Positions 16,878 through 26,386 of a stretch of DNA of 64,000 bases are shown here, piece after piece. The notes beneath the pieces are model-generated. The model was not told where the DNA came from, made no database searches, and was given only the letters and a program-made list of their open reading frames with translations. Within the stretch, counting starts at the first letter, position 1, and each line of letters opens with the position of its first letter. The DNA is from Candidatus Eiseniibacteriota bacterium (GTDB lineage: Bacteria > Eisenbacteria > RBG-16-71-46): NCBI GenBank assembly GCA_963717935.1, contig CAVQXP010000004.1, positions 608,001 to 672,000 on the forward strand. Reading direction: 5' to 3'. The position numbers were made by a program, and so were the translations under genes.

Positions 16878-19508
16878 CTACCGGACGACGGTCACGCGGG
16901 TGGTGAGGCTCCTGTGTCCCCGGGTCAGACGGATGAGATAGACGCCGGGCTCGAGGGCCAGACCCTCGGAGACGTTCACCAGGTGCTCGCCGGCGCCCGC
17001 CACCGGTTGCTCGCCCAGCCGGCGGCCGGTCACGTCGAGCAACTCGAGCGTGGCGGGCGCGTCGTCGGGCAGTGCCAGCGAGACGAACACGTCGTGCGAG
17101 GCGGGGTTGGGACGGGCGCCGCGCAGGGCGAAGGCCGACGACACCGAAACCACGGGCACGTCCACCCAGGCCTCGCTCGTCGTGTACTGCGTCGCATCCT
17201 CGAGCCATGCCAGCCGGTAGGCGTAACGGCTGCCGGGCGACACCGTGGTGTCCGCGAAGGATAGACTCCCGGCGCCGTCGCTCGTGGGCTCGCCGATCGT
17301 GACGAAGTCCGTGGCGGTCTCGCGGCGCTCGACCGTGGGGGTGAGCACCACGTGCCCGGCGGTGTTCCAGGTCAGGGTCACGCGCTCGGGAGTGGCCTCG
17401 ACGTTCGTGAGCGCGACCTCGCCCGGCGCGGTCAGCAGCGGCACCGTGACGGCGTAGATGTCGGAGTCGGCGTTGCGCCCGTCGGCCCAGGCCGCGTACA
17501 GGTTCGAGTGGTTCGCGAACAGCGATAGGTAGTCGCCCTGGTTCGGCGCGATATTGCTGCCGACGTTGGTCCAGTCCGTCCGTGCCGCGCTGAGGGCGCC
17601 GACCAGGGTCCAGGTGCCGCCGTTGTCGTCCGAGCGCGACAGGCAGACGTTCGAGCCACCGCCGCAGATCGAGGCCGATTCACGCCAGTCGTACCAGAGG
17701 CAGTAGGGCCTGTTGTCGGTGTTGCTTCCGCCCACGGCCACCTCGGGGAGCCAGTCGTCGTAGCCGGCGGGGCTGTCGCTCGCCCGCGCGGGCGTGGACC
17801 AGGTCGTGCCGCCGTCCGACCAGGCCACGAACACGTCGCGGTGGTCGCGCGCGCGCTCGCCCGCCGTGGGGGTGTCGAGGCCCGTGACGATCCGGTAGGA
17901 GCCCGTGCTGCTGCCGTCCCACGAGGCGCAGCGCAGGTAGTAGGTGCCGCCCACGGGCAGCGTGAAACAGAGGAAGTTGTTCTGCCCCGTGCCGGGCGCA
18001 GAGAGGGCGAGGCGGGTCGTGCCGTCGCTGCAGAAGAGCCGCAGCGACATGCTGAGCGAGGAGGTGATGGAGTCGGCGTAGAACAGGATCGTCTGGCCCG
18101 CCGTGCCGTCGAACCGGAAGTAGTCGAAGTCCGAGGGCGACGAGACGGAGCCCCTCACGATCTTGCCGGGGGTGAACGCGTCCGCCGTGGCTGGCACGCT
18201 GTTGTCCTCCGTCTCGGAGACGGAGCCGGTCCCGCCCATCGCGTCGTCGTAGAAGTCGATGGACTCGTTCCACGCCAGGTAGACGCGGCCGCGGCGCGTC
18301 CCGGCCGAACGGTCCACCGCGATCGAGGGGTAGGTGAGGCCGGTGCCGCGGTTGAATCCGGGCGCGCCGCTGCCCCAGTTCGAGTAGGCCGAGGCCGCGT
18401 TGACGGCCGGGCTGAAGGTCGCGCCCTGGTCCGTGGACTTGCGGATCTTCATGTAGTCCACGTCCACCGTGCCGATGGAGTACCAGGCGACGTAGACCTC
18501 GCCGCCCGGGCCGACCGTGGGGCGGGAGCCCTGCACGAGGTTGGATTCGCTCTCGGAGGACAGGCGTTGCGGGCTGCCCCAGCTCGTGCCGCCCACGGAC
18601 GAGCGCTGGAAGACGATGGTGTCCCCGACCGTGCTGAAGACGGTGTAGGAGAGATAGAGCCGGCCGCTGAGCGAGTCCGCCGCGAGCCAGGGCTTGTCGA
18701 ACAGGATCGAGGAGCTGTAGCCGGAGCGCACCAGCGCGGGCGCGCTCCACTGCACGGTGCCGGCCTCGAAGCGCGCCCTCACCAGCGCGATGCCGTTCCT
18801 CGTGAGGTTGTCATCCACCAGGGCGCAGAACCAAAAATCACCCGTCTTCTCGTTCACCGCGACGAGCGGGTCGCTGGCCCATCGCCAGCCCGCCGGCACC
18901 GGCGGAGCGCCGCCGTCCGTGTAGGTGGCCCCGCCGTCCACCGAGTAGCCGTAGCCCTGCGTGCTCGTGTACGGCCCGGTCGTGAACCCCAGCCCGTCGT
19001 TCCAGGCGATCAGGATGTTCGAGTCCTGCGCGGCGGTCATCTGCTCGGCCTGCCCGACGTAGGAGTAGGGGGCGTCCTGCGTGCGGTCGTTGACGAGCAC
19101 GTCGGGGACCAGCGCCACCGTGGCTCGCGCGGGCAGAGCCGTCCGCGTGGCCGACGCCAGCGTGTCCGGACCCTGGGGGCCACCGGCTTCGTTCCAGTCG
19201 CCCCGCCGCCGGACCCCGGCGCCGGGCCGCACCTGCTCGGGGTGCTTGCGGGCCAGCCGGGTGAGCGCCTTCGCCCGCGCCATGCGCTGGCGGGCGCCCT
19301 GGAGGAGGAGTCGCTGCTGCAAGCGCTTGAGCGCGGGGGCATACGAGGAGACCTTCGCCCCGGTCTCGGGCCGGGAGTCCTGGCCAGGGGCCGCGGCGCG
19401 GGCCGCAGGCGGCCCGGCGACTGCGGCAGGGAGCATGGAGGACGCGAGCGCCAGCGCGAGCACGAACGCTGCGCGGAGGGCGGCGGAATGGCGCAGACAC
19501 GGTGACAT
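16878..19508 (-). CDS. Secreted Asp-box beta-propeller protein, paralog of 10655..13339
   Basis: Same motifs (IAWND, GY.YS.DGG, SDP...VNEKTG, QGSRPTVGP.GEVYV, PGFNR, PEV, APN.GDY) and CTD-like tail. Confidence 0.85.
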   Translation of the reverse strand: MSPCLRHSAALRAAFVLALALASSMLPAAVAGPPAARAAAPGQDSRPETGAKVSSYAPALKRLQQRLLLQGARQRMARAKALTRLARKHPEQVRPGAGVRRRGDWNEAGGPQGPDTLASATRTALPARATVALVPDVLVNDRTQDAPYSYVGQAEQMTAAQDSNILIAWNDGLGFTTGPYTSTQGYGYSVDGGATYTDGGAPPVPAGWRWASDPLVAVNEKTGDFWFCALVDDNLTRNGIALVRARFEAGTVQWSAPALVRSGYSSSILFDKPWLAADSLSGRLYLSYTVFSTVGDTIVFQRSSVGGTSWGSPQRLSSESESNLVQGSRPTVGPGGEVYVAWYSIGTVDVDYMKIRKSTDQGATFSPAVNAASAYSNWGSGAPGFNRGTGLTYPSIAVDRSAGTRRGRVYLAWNESIDFYDDAMGGTGSVSETEDNSVPATADAFTPGKIVRGSVSSPSDFDYFRFDGTAGQTILFYADSITSSLSMSLRLFCSDGTTRLALSAPGTGQNNFLCFTLPVGGTYYLRCASWDGSSTGSYRIVTGLDTPTAGERARDHRDVFVAWSDGGTTWSTPARASDSPAGYDDWLPEVAVGGSNTDNRPYCLWYDWRESASICGGGSNVCLSRSDDNGGTWTLVGALSAARTDWTNVGSNIAPNQGDYLSLFANHSNLYAAWADGRNADSDIYAVTVPLLTAPGEVALTNVEATPERVTLTWNTAGHVVLTPTVERRETATDFVTIGEPTSDGAGSLSFADTTVSPGSRYAYRLAWLEDATQYTTSEAWVDVPVVSVSSAFALRGARPNPASHDVFVSLALPDDAPATLELLDVTGRRLGEQPVAGAGEHLVNVSEGLALEPGVYLIRLTRGHRSLTTRVTVVR

Positions 19509-19678
19509 GTTGGAAGTCCTTCTCGGGGCGTGGTGATCGGGGCCCCGCGCACGTCCCTGTCGAGGGAGAACTGGCCTGGGATTCGCGGCGCCCCGTCCTT
19601 CCGGATGGCGAAGGCGCCCATGCTGCTCACGCAGGTCGATTTTCGCACCCCCCGGGGTGGGAGTCCACCCGGCCGGTC

Positions 19679-21484
19679 TCAGGGACGCCGCGGGGCCGGG
19701 GCGCCCGTCCCGGCGCTGTCTGCACTCGTGCTGTCGGTGGGGGACAGCGCTTCACGCGCATGACCGCGCAGCGTGACGCTCAACGAATCGGCCGGCGGCA
19801 GCAGCGCGGGGTCGAGCCAGCCCCTGGCGATCATGGCGCGGCCGATGAAGTGCATCTGCGCGCGCTCGAAGGGGCGCAGCGAGCCGTCGGGGGCGAAGCG
19901 GTACCGCCACTTCGTGGGCGCCGGCACCACCGTGGCGAGGAAGAGCGCCTCGTCCACCGTGACGCGTGCCGGATCCTTGTCGAAGTAATAGCGCGTGGCC
20001 TCGGCTGCGCCGTGGACGTCGGGGCCCCACTCGATGATGTTCAGGTAGATCTCGAGCAGGCGGCGCTTCGAGGCGCCTGTCAGGTGTTCCAGCACCCAGG
20101 CCAGCACCACTTCCTGCGCCTTGCGGGAGAGCGTGCGCGCGTGGCCGAGCCACAGGTTGCGCACCAGTTGCATGGTGACGGTGCCCGCGCCACGGCGCCA
20201 GGCGCCCGCCTTCACGTTGAAGGCGATGGCGAGCCTGATGGCGTCGGTGTTGAAGCCGCGGTGGCGGAAGAAGCCGCCGTCCTCGTTCGTGAGCACCGCG
20301 TGGACCAGGGCCGAGTCGATGTCCTCGAGCGGGCGGAAGAAGGGATTCAGCGACGACATCTCACGGGTGACCAGGCGCTCGTGCGGCAGGTGGATGGTGG
20401 CCAGGAAGGGCTGCTCGAGCCCGAATAGATCGAGCGTGGTGCGCGCCGGGTCGAGGAACAGCCCGTGGGGGATGACGTCGGCCTCGAAGCGGACGCTGTC
20501 GGGACGCGCGAGGTCGAGGTCGAGCGCGAACCGGTAGTCGAAGGAGCCGCGCACGGCGAGCCCGGGGAGCGGGCCGAGCATCTGGCGCGGCACGCTCGCC
20601 AGGACGCGGCCTTCGGTGATGCCGTCGGCGGCAAGACGGAGGGTGAGCCGGGGGCCGTGCCGCTCGAGCGAGCCACCGAGCAGGACCGGGAGCCGTCCGA
20701 GGGAGACTCGCGTCGAGTCGGCGAGCCGGAGCACGCCCGCGCGGCGGTCCTGCGCGAGCACGCCGTCCACGGTGATGCGCAGGCTCTCGTCCGGACCGCC
20801 CGCAAGATCGCCGAGGGTCAGTACGGCCCCGCCCGTGAGCCGGTCGTCGTGCCCGTAGGAAAGTCCCACCTCGAAGGAGGCCTCGTGCTCGAGGTCGAGC
20901 GCCCCGGCCGCGCGCAGGCGCATGCCGCCGGGAGCGTGGTCGAGCGAGAGCCACGCGAGTCGCCCGCCGCGGAACGGGCTCTCGTCCGACGCCGCGGCGA
21001 CCACGAGGTCGCGCACCTCGAGGCGTGGCAGCCGTCGCGCGGGCGCGAGCAGCAGGCCCGCGAGCGACTCGGCCGCGTGGCGCAACCTCGCGGCGCGCGG
21101 CGTGACGGCGACGGGGGGGGCTTCTTCGGGACCGAGTGTGTCGGGCCGGCTCGCCGGGCGCGACAGGAGGCGCAGGCGCGCGTGGGCGACCACGATCTCG
21201 GTGGCACGGGGGTGGAAGAAGACGACTGACGCGGGATCCAGCGCGACGGCGATGGAGTCGGCCGTGACGAGCGTGTCACCCCGGGCGCGTTCACGGACGA
21301 CGATCCCGTGCAGTCCGGCGCGCAGGGGGAAGCGCACGTGCAGGCGATCCCAGCGGACCGTGCACCCGCGCTGACCAGCGACGTGCCGCAGCCCCCAGGA
21401 GATCGCGGCGGGCGCCAGGAGGCGCGCGGCGCCAAGCACGGCAAGCAGGACGGCGGCGGCGATCCAGAGGCGTTGCGTGCGCAT
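19679..21484 (-). CDS. GT51 peptidoglycan transglycosylase (no transpeptidase domain) with long N-terminal extension
   Basis: EDGGF..H.G, GAGTVTMQL.RNL, RK..E, LEIYLN motifs; N-terminal TM. Confidence 0.85.
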   Translation of the reverse strand: MRTQRLWIAAAVLLAVLGAARLLAPAAISWGLRHVAGQRGCTVRWDRLHVRFPLRAGLHGIVVRERARGDTLVTADSIAVALDPASVVFFHPRATEIVVAHARLRLLSRPASRPDTLGPEEAPPVAVTPRAARLRHAAESLAGLLLAPARRLPRLEVRDLVVAAASDESPFRGGRLAWLSLDHAPGGMRLRAAGALDLEHEASFEVGLSYGHDDRLTGGAVLTLGDLAGGPDESLRITVDGVLAQDRRAGVLRLADSTRVSLGRLPVLLGGSLERHGPRLTLRLAADGITEGRVLASVPRQMLGPLPGLAVRGSFDYRFALDLDLARPDSVRFEADVIPHGLFLDPARTTLDLFGLEQPFLATIHLPHERLVTREMSSLNPFFRPLEDIDSALVHAVLTNEDGGFFRHRGFNTDAIRLAIAFNVKAGAWRRGAGTVTMQLVRNLWLGHARTLSRKAQEVVLAWVLEHLTGASKRRLLEIYLNIIEWGPDVHGAAEATRYYFDKDPARVTVDEALFLATVVPAPTKWRYRFAPDGSLRPFERAQMHFIGRAMIARGWLDPALLPPADSLSVTLRGHAREALSPTDSTSADSAGTGAPAPRRP

Positions 21485-21556
21485 GGCGCGGTGGACTCTA
21501 CCCGCTCGGCGAAGGCCGGACCAACGGAGCCGCGGCGGCACGAGGCCGGGTTCCGC

Positions 21557-21922
21557 TCACTCCCCCCGGTACGTGCAGCGCGCCGTGCAGGTCTCGTGCA
21601 CGGTGATGGCGGCCAATCCGGGCAGCCGCTGGACGAAGCGGTGCCACAGCCAGCCGCACAGCACCTCGGAGGTGGCGTTCTCGAGCCCGGGCACGTCGTT
21701 CAGCGTGCGGTGGTCCAGTTCACCCTGGAGGACGGGCTCCACGATGGCCGTGATGCCGGCGTAATCCACGAGCCAGCCGGTCTCCGCGTCCACCTCGCCC
21801 GCCACCGTGATCTCGATGCGGAACGAGTGCCCGTGCAGGCGGTGGCACTTGTGGTCGGGCGGCACCATCGGCAGGCGATGCGCCGCTTCGAAGCGGAACT
21901 CCTTGGTCAGCTCGACACGCAT
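21557..21922 (-). CDS. queD: 6-carboxytetrahydropterin synthase
   Basis: FEAAHRL, C.RLHGHS, LDHR.LN, ENATSE, ET motifs. Confidence 0.95.
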   Translation of the reverse strand: MRVELTKEFRFEAAHRLPMVPPDHKCHRLHGHSFRIEITVAGEVDAETGWLVDYAGITAIVEPVLQGELDHRTLNDVPGLENATSEVLCGWLWHRFVQRLPGLAAITVHETCTARCTYRGE

Positions 21923-21924
21923 GG

Positions 21925-22644
21925 TCAGGTCCGGGAAGAGGGCTCGAGGCCCGGGGCGTCCGTCGCGTAGCGCACGGGGTCGGGCACGCCGGCCTCGCGA
22001 AAGCCCTTCAGGCGCAGCCGGCAGGCGTCGCAGCGCCCGCAGGCCGCACCGTCGGGGGCAGGATCGTAGCAGGTGTGGGTGAGCGAGTAGTCGAGCCCGA
22101 GCGAGCGCCCGAGGCGGATCACGCCCGCCTTGTCGAGGTTCATGAGCGGGGTGTGCACGGTGAAGGCCGCGCCCCCCGCGCCGGCGCGTGTGGCGAGGTT
22201 CGCGAGGGCCTCGAAGGCGCGCACGAACTCGGGACGGCAGTCCGGGTAGCCGGAGTAGTCGAGCGCGTTCATGCCGGCCACGAGGTCGTGCGCGCCGAGC
22301 GTCTCCGCCAGGGCGAGGGCGAGCCCCAGCAGCACGGTGTTGCGCGCGGGCACGTAGGTGACGGGGATGTCCGCGCCCATCGTGCGCTCGTCGCGGTCGC
22401 GCGGGACCTCGAGGTCGGCGGTCAGGGCCGAGCCCCCGATCGCGCGCAGGTCCAGCCGGAGTTCGCGGTGCCCGGCCGACCCGAGGGCCCGCGCCACGCG
22501 CCGCGCGGCTTCCAGTTCCACGCGATGACGCTGGCCGTAGTCCACGGCGAGCGTCCAGCACTCGAAGCCCTGGCCGCGCGCCCAGGCGAGGCAGGTGGAG
22601 GAATCGAGACCGCCCGAGAGCAGCACGACCGCGCGCCCGCTCAC
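21925..22644 (-). CDS. queC: 7-cyano-7-deazaguanine synthase
   Basis: SGGLDS, YGQRH, VPARN, GYPDCR, C..C..C..R motifs; GTG start. Confidence 0.95.
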   Translation of the reverse strand: MSGRAVVLLSGGLDSSTCLAWARGQGFECWTLAVDYGQRHRVELEAARRVARALGSAGHRELRLDLRAIGGSALTADLEVPRDRDERTMGADIPVTYVPARNTVLLGLALALAETLGAHDLVAGMNALDYSGYPDCRPEFVRAFEALANLATRAGAGGAAFTVHTPLMNLDKAGVIRLGRSLGLDYSLTHTCYDPAPDGAACGRCDACRLRLKGFREAGVPDPVRYATDAPGLEPSSRT

Positions 22645-22654
22645 GCCGGATCCT

Positions 22655-23314
22655 TCACACGCCCCGCCTCGCGCCCCACAGCCACACGTGGAGGCGCGGC
22701 GAGAGCCGGAAGCCGTGGCGCTTGCAGACCTCGGAGAGCGCCACCGCGCGGTCACGCAACCCGTCGTCGGTGTAGCCCTCGGGCATGAGCAGGACGCGCC
22801 CGGCCGGGATGGCGTTCTCCTCGATGAGGCGCAGCGCATCGGCCTCGTCGGGCGCTTCGCCCACGACGATCTTGAACGTGGCGTTGGGCTCGGCGAGCCA
22901 GGCGGCGGTGTGCCGCCAGGTCCGTTCCCAGAGCGGCGTGGCCCGGGGCAGCTTGGGCGAGACGTTCCACAGCAATTGCTCGTGCGAGAACGGTGGCGGC
23001 AGCACGCCGGCGGTCTCGACCTCGATCCGCTCCCAGCGCTCGATCGCGCGCTCGAGGAGCGGGACCAGGGCCGGCGTCTCGAGCGGTTCGCCGCCGGTGA
23101 CGACCAGCAGCGACGCGGCGCCGAGCGCGCGCAATTCCTCGAGCAGCAGGTCGGGCTCGCACTCGCGCCCGCCCGTGGCGTCCCATGAGTATTTCGTGTC
23201 GCACCAGCTGCAGCCGACCGAGCAACCCTGCAGGCGCAGGAAATGCGCCGGCACGCCGGCCGAGGGTCCCTCGCCCTGGAGCGAGAGGAAGGTCTCGCTC
23301 ACGCGCACCGTCAC
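22655..23314 (-). CDS. queE: 7-carboxy-7-deazaguanine synthase (radical SAM)
   Basis: [16 protein letters not shown] (CxxxCxxC), TGGEP, SPK, RLH motifs; start GTG 23314 or CTG 23329. Confidence 0.93.
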   Translation of the reverse strand: MTVRVSETFLSLQGEGPSAGVPAHFLRLQGCSVGCSWCDTKYSWDATGGRECEPDLLLEELRALGAASLLVVTGGEPLETPALVPLLERAIERWERIEVETAGVLPPPFSHEQLLWNVSPKLPRATPLWERTWRHTAAWLAEPNATFKIVVGEAPDEADALRLIEENAIPAGRVLLMPEGYTDDGLRDRAVALSEVCKRHGFRLSPRLHVWLWGARRGV

Positions 23315-23325
23315 GGCCGGCGCGC

Positions 23326-23508
23326 TCAGTGTCCGGCCCCGCGGTTCAGGTCGAACTCCTTGTGGCAGTTGAAGCACTTCCAGTGGTAGGCGGGCTGGAC
23401 GGCGGGCCACGCGACGTAGTCGTTGCGGCCGCAACCGGGACACGAGATGCGGGTGCGCTCGGTCTTACCGTGGGCGGCGAGCGAGTCCTGCGAGATCTCC
23501 TGCGTCAT
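23326..23508 (-). CDS. Small (60 aa) zinc-ribbon protein
   Basis: CPGC-x18-CFNC; first gene upstream of queE; TATACT -10 at 23557-23562. Confidence 0.7.
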   Translation of the reverse strand: MTQEISQDSLAAHGKTERTRISCPGCGRNDYVAWPAVQPAYHWKCFNCHKEFDLNRGAGH

Positions 23509-23626
23509 GGATCGTCCGGGATCGGGGTAGGACGGCGCGGCGAGGGCGAACGCGGGAGTATAGGCGCGCGGCGAGGCGGGGCCGGGGAGAAGGCGGGGCG
23601 GCGTGCCAGGAGGCGTTACCCACACG

Positions 23627-23705
23627 CTCGCCCTTCGCCCCTGGCCGCACCCCGCCGCGTGCTCTGCGGGGCCCTCGCCCTTCGCCCCTGGCTGGACCCC
23701 GCCGC
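23627..23705. repeat. Two 32-nt direct repeats, period 47
   Basis: CTCGCCCTTCGCCCCTGGC-cgc/tgg-ACCCCGCCGC at 23627 and 23674. Confidence 0.8.
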
Positions 23706-23757
23706 CTGCATGCGGGTCGGCGGTTCCGCGCTCCGCCGGGCCCGGAGGTCGGGGCGG

Positions 23758-25125
23758 CTACCCGGCACCGCCGGGGCGGTCCACGTCGGTCCACGCGGCA
23801 CCGTCGGGGATCCGGGTCTCGGCCGGGAGCCCGCGCGAATCGCGCAACTTCCAGGCCGCGCGCACGCCCACGAGGCCGGCGACCGCGCACAACGCGAACA
23901 ACAGCGGGGCGTTGAGCCAGTCCACGAGCGCCCCACCCAGCATCGGCAGCAGCATGGTGGGTCCGAGGAAGGTGTTGATGAGCCCGACGAAGGCCTGGCG
24001 GCGGCCGGGTGGGGCGAGCAGCAGCATGAGACTCGAGTACCCGACGCTGATCGCGCTCTGTGCCGCACCACCCAGGCTGACCACCGCCTCGAGGGCGAGC
24101 ACGGCGGCGCCGGCCGGGATCCAGCCCAGTCCCCAGGGCGAGGCGACGGCGATCGCGGCCGCCGCCAACGGCAGCGCGCTGCAGGCCGCCGCGCCGATGC
24201 GCAGCAGCACGCGGTCGCCGTGGCGGACCGAGAGGCGGTGCCAGAGCAGGTTGGAGAGCACGAACCCGGCCATGCGCACCAGCAGGAACGTGCCGGCGGT
24301 GCGCGCGCTGCCGCCCAGTTCGTGCACGGCGAACAGCACGATGAAGGGCGCCGACGCGAACCACACCGAGAGCGTGGCGCGCGCGACCAGCAGGCGGCGG
24401 AAGTGCGCGTCGTGCGCGAGCATGGAGAGGCCCTCGCGCAGCATGCCGAGCGGGCCCGCGGTCTCGGGGGACGGCGCGGCGGCGGGCTCGTGGATGGATG
24501 AGAAGAGCCCGTAGCCGAGCGAGACGAGCAGGGCGGCGATGGCGAAGAGCAGCGCGAAGCGCGGCGCATCCGTCCCGCCCTGGAGCAACTGGCGCACGAA
24601 CAGGCCGGCGGCCGCGGCGAACAGGCCACCCCAGAACAGGCGCAGCGCCCAGTAGGCCCCGAGCCGCGAGCGCGGCACGGTCTTGCCGACCACCTCCATG
24701 AACGGGACCGCGGCAAGCCCCGAGCTGAACGCGTAGGCGCCGTAGCAGGACAGGAATGTGGCGAGCAGCGCCCGCGGGTGGGCCGCAAGGGGGACGATGA
24801 ACAGGGCGAGCAGCGTGAAGGCCAGGCCGCGCACGACGGCGGCGAGACGGTAGAGCCCGAGCGAGCGCGGCCGCCGCGAGAGGAACGGGACCGTGGCGAA
24901 CTGCGGCAGGAACCAGCCGAGGTCCGGCAGTGCGGCGCTGAAGCCGATGAGAGCGTTCGAGGTCGTGAGCTTCGAGAGGAACACCGGGATGACGGTGTTC
25001 GCGTCCACGAAGCCCTCGCCACCCTGGTAGAGCGCGCCGTTCCAGACACCGAGCCGGAAGGAACGGCGGCGCTCGGATCCGGAGGTGCCGGCGACGGGGT
25101 CGGGCGCGGCGGTGGGCGGGTCCAT
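23758..25125 (-). CDS. MFS transporter
   Basis: About 12 TM segments with two-fold MFS pattern. Confidence 0.85.
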   Translation of the reverse strand: MDPPTAAPDPVAGTSGSERRRSFRLGVWNGALYQGGEGFVDANTVIPVFLSKLTTSNALIGFSAALPDLGWFLPQFATVPFLSRRPRSLGLYRLAAVVRGLAFTLLALFIVPLAAHPRALLATFLSCYGAYAFSSGLAAVPFMEVVGKTVPRSRLGAYWALRLFWGGLFAAAAGLFVRQLLQGGTDAPRFALLFAIAALLVSLGYGLFSSIHEPAAAPSPETAGPLGMLREGLSMLAHDAHFRRLLVARATLSVWFASAPFIVLFAVHELGGSARTAGTFLLVRMAGFVLSNLLWHRLSVRHGDRVLLRIGAAACSALPLAAAAIAVASPWGLGWIPAGAAVLALEAVVSLGGAAQSAISVGYSSLMLLLAPPGRRQAFVGLINTFLGPTMLLPMLGGALVDWLNAPLLFALCAVAGLVGVRAAWKLRDSRGLPAETRIPDGAAWTDVDRPGGAG

Positions 25126-25222
25126 GGAGCCGGGGAGGATGGCTCCGGGAGCCGGCGCTGCGCAAACGAAACCCGGCGCCCCGGCCCTTTCGGGACGGCC
25201 GCGCCGGGGCGCCACCGCCAGA

Positions 25223-26230
25223 CTAGGGCCTGGGGCTGAGGGCTTGCACCAGCCTGGGCAAGCTCAGGTCGTAGCGGTACGAGATGTTCCTGTGCCCATC
25301 GTCGAATTCCTCGTACTCGTGCGGGACGTCCAGCTCCCGCAGGCGCCGGCTGAAGAGCCGGGCGCCGTGCAGCAGGTTGAACTCGTCGTTCGTGCCGCAG
25401 TCGAGGTGGAGGAACCGGAGCGAGCGCAGCGCCGCGGCGTGTGATTCGAGCAGGGCCAGCGGATCGTGCTCGAGCCACCGCTTCCAGACGTCCTCGCGGA
25501 ACGCGCCGGTCTCGAGGTCGCAGGGCAGGTCGAGGCCGAAGGGGACGGAATCCGGGTTCGGCGAGTAGGCCGCGGCCATGCCGAGGATGTTGAACGCGAG
25601 CATGTCGCCGTGGCCCTTCTGGCGCCGGGCCTCGAAGCGTTCGAGCCAGGCCGCGAGCCCGCCGGCCTGCTGCACCTGGGTGCAGAACTTCGGGATGTCG
25701 CCCCGGTAGCAGTAGTCGAAGTACAGGTCGCCGCTGTGGCAGGCCACCGCGCCGAAGACGTCCGGGTGCTTCATGCCGAGGGTGAGCGCTCCGAAACCGC
25801 CCGACGACTTGCCCGCCACGCCGCGGTGGTCGCGCGATGCGAGCGTGCGGAAGCGCGCGTCCACCCAGGCGACCAACTCCTCGGCCACGTGCGTCTCGTA
25901 GCGGCCCGTGGCGCTCGAGTCCAGGTACTGCGAGCCTCCGAAACGCGTGAAGCAATCCGGCAGGACGAGGATCGCCTCCCCGCAACCCGCGGCGATGAGA
26001 CCGTCCATGCGGTCGTCGAGCGCCGGCGACCAGGGGTTGTCGTTGAGGAGCATGCGCCCGCGTCCGGTGAAGCCGGCGAGCACGAAGACCACGGGATAGC
26101 GTCGCGCGCGGTCCGCCTCGTAGGACGGCGGCAGGTAGACCGGCACCGTACGCGTGCGCGGGTCACCCGCGGGATTGCCCGCGAGGACAGCGCTTTCGAA
26201 GCGCTCCATCAGGACGTTGCCGCGCTTCAT
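25223..26230 (-). CDS. Alpha/beta hydrolase (enterochelin esterase-like/putative esterase)
   Basis: VYLPPSY, YPVV, GKSSGG nucleophile elbow, DCG..DEF, GH; GGAGGAG RBS. Confidence 0.9.
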   Translation of the reverse strand: MKRGNVLMERFESAVLAGNPAGDPRTRTVPVYLPPSYEADRARRYPVVFVLAGFTGRGRMLLNDNPWSPALDDRMDGLIAAGCGEAILVLPDCFTRFGGSQYLDSSATGRYETHVAEELVAWVDARFRTLASRDHRGVAGKSSGGFGALTLGMKHPDVFGAVACHSGDLYFDYCYRGDIPKFCTQVQQAGGLAAWLERFEARRQKGHGDMLAFNILGMAAAYSPNPDSVPFGLDLPCDLETGAFREDVWKRWLEHDPLALLESHAAALRSLRFLHLDCGTNDEFNLLHGARLFSRRLRELDVPHEYEEFDDGHRNISYRYDLSLPRLVQALSPRP

Positions 26231-26386
26231 CTGGTCTCCTCCGGCGGGTGGCCCCGGTCCATGCAGCCCTGAAGATAGCCGCAAGGGGGCCCGAATCCCA
26301 ACCTAAGGCCCGCGGCGGACTTGCCGATAACTCCCGCAGGTCCGCTGTCCCGCGTCTCCAGAACTCCCGGCATGGAGTACCGCCTG

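Noticed and set aside
13489..16941. Very long alternative-frame ORFs (e.g. 13489..16941+, 26438..29842-, 60837..63224-)
   Set aside because: Shadow ORFs expected in high-GC DNA; Arg/Gly/Ala-rich, with no motifs, and overlapping well-supported genes.
21557..23314. dpd-type DNA 7-deazaguanine modification island
   Set aside because: No dpdA/tgt-like or other dpd genes nearby; ordinary queuosine precursor synthesis is the simpler reading.
23509..23757. preQ1 riboswitch before que genes
   Set aside because: No matching stem-loop or A-rich tail; the leader after the -10 is short and GC-rich.
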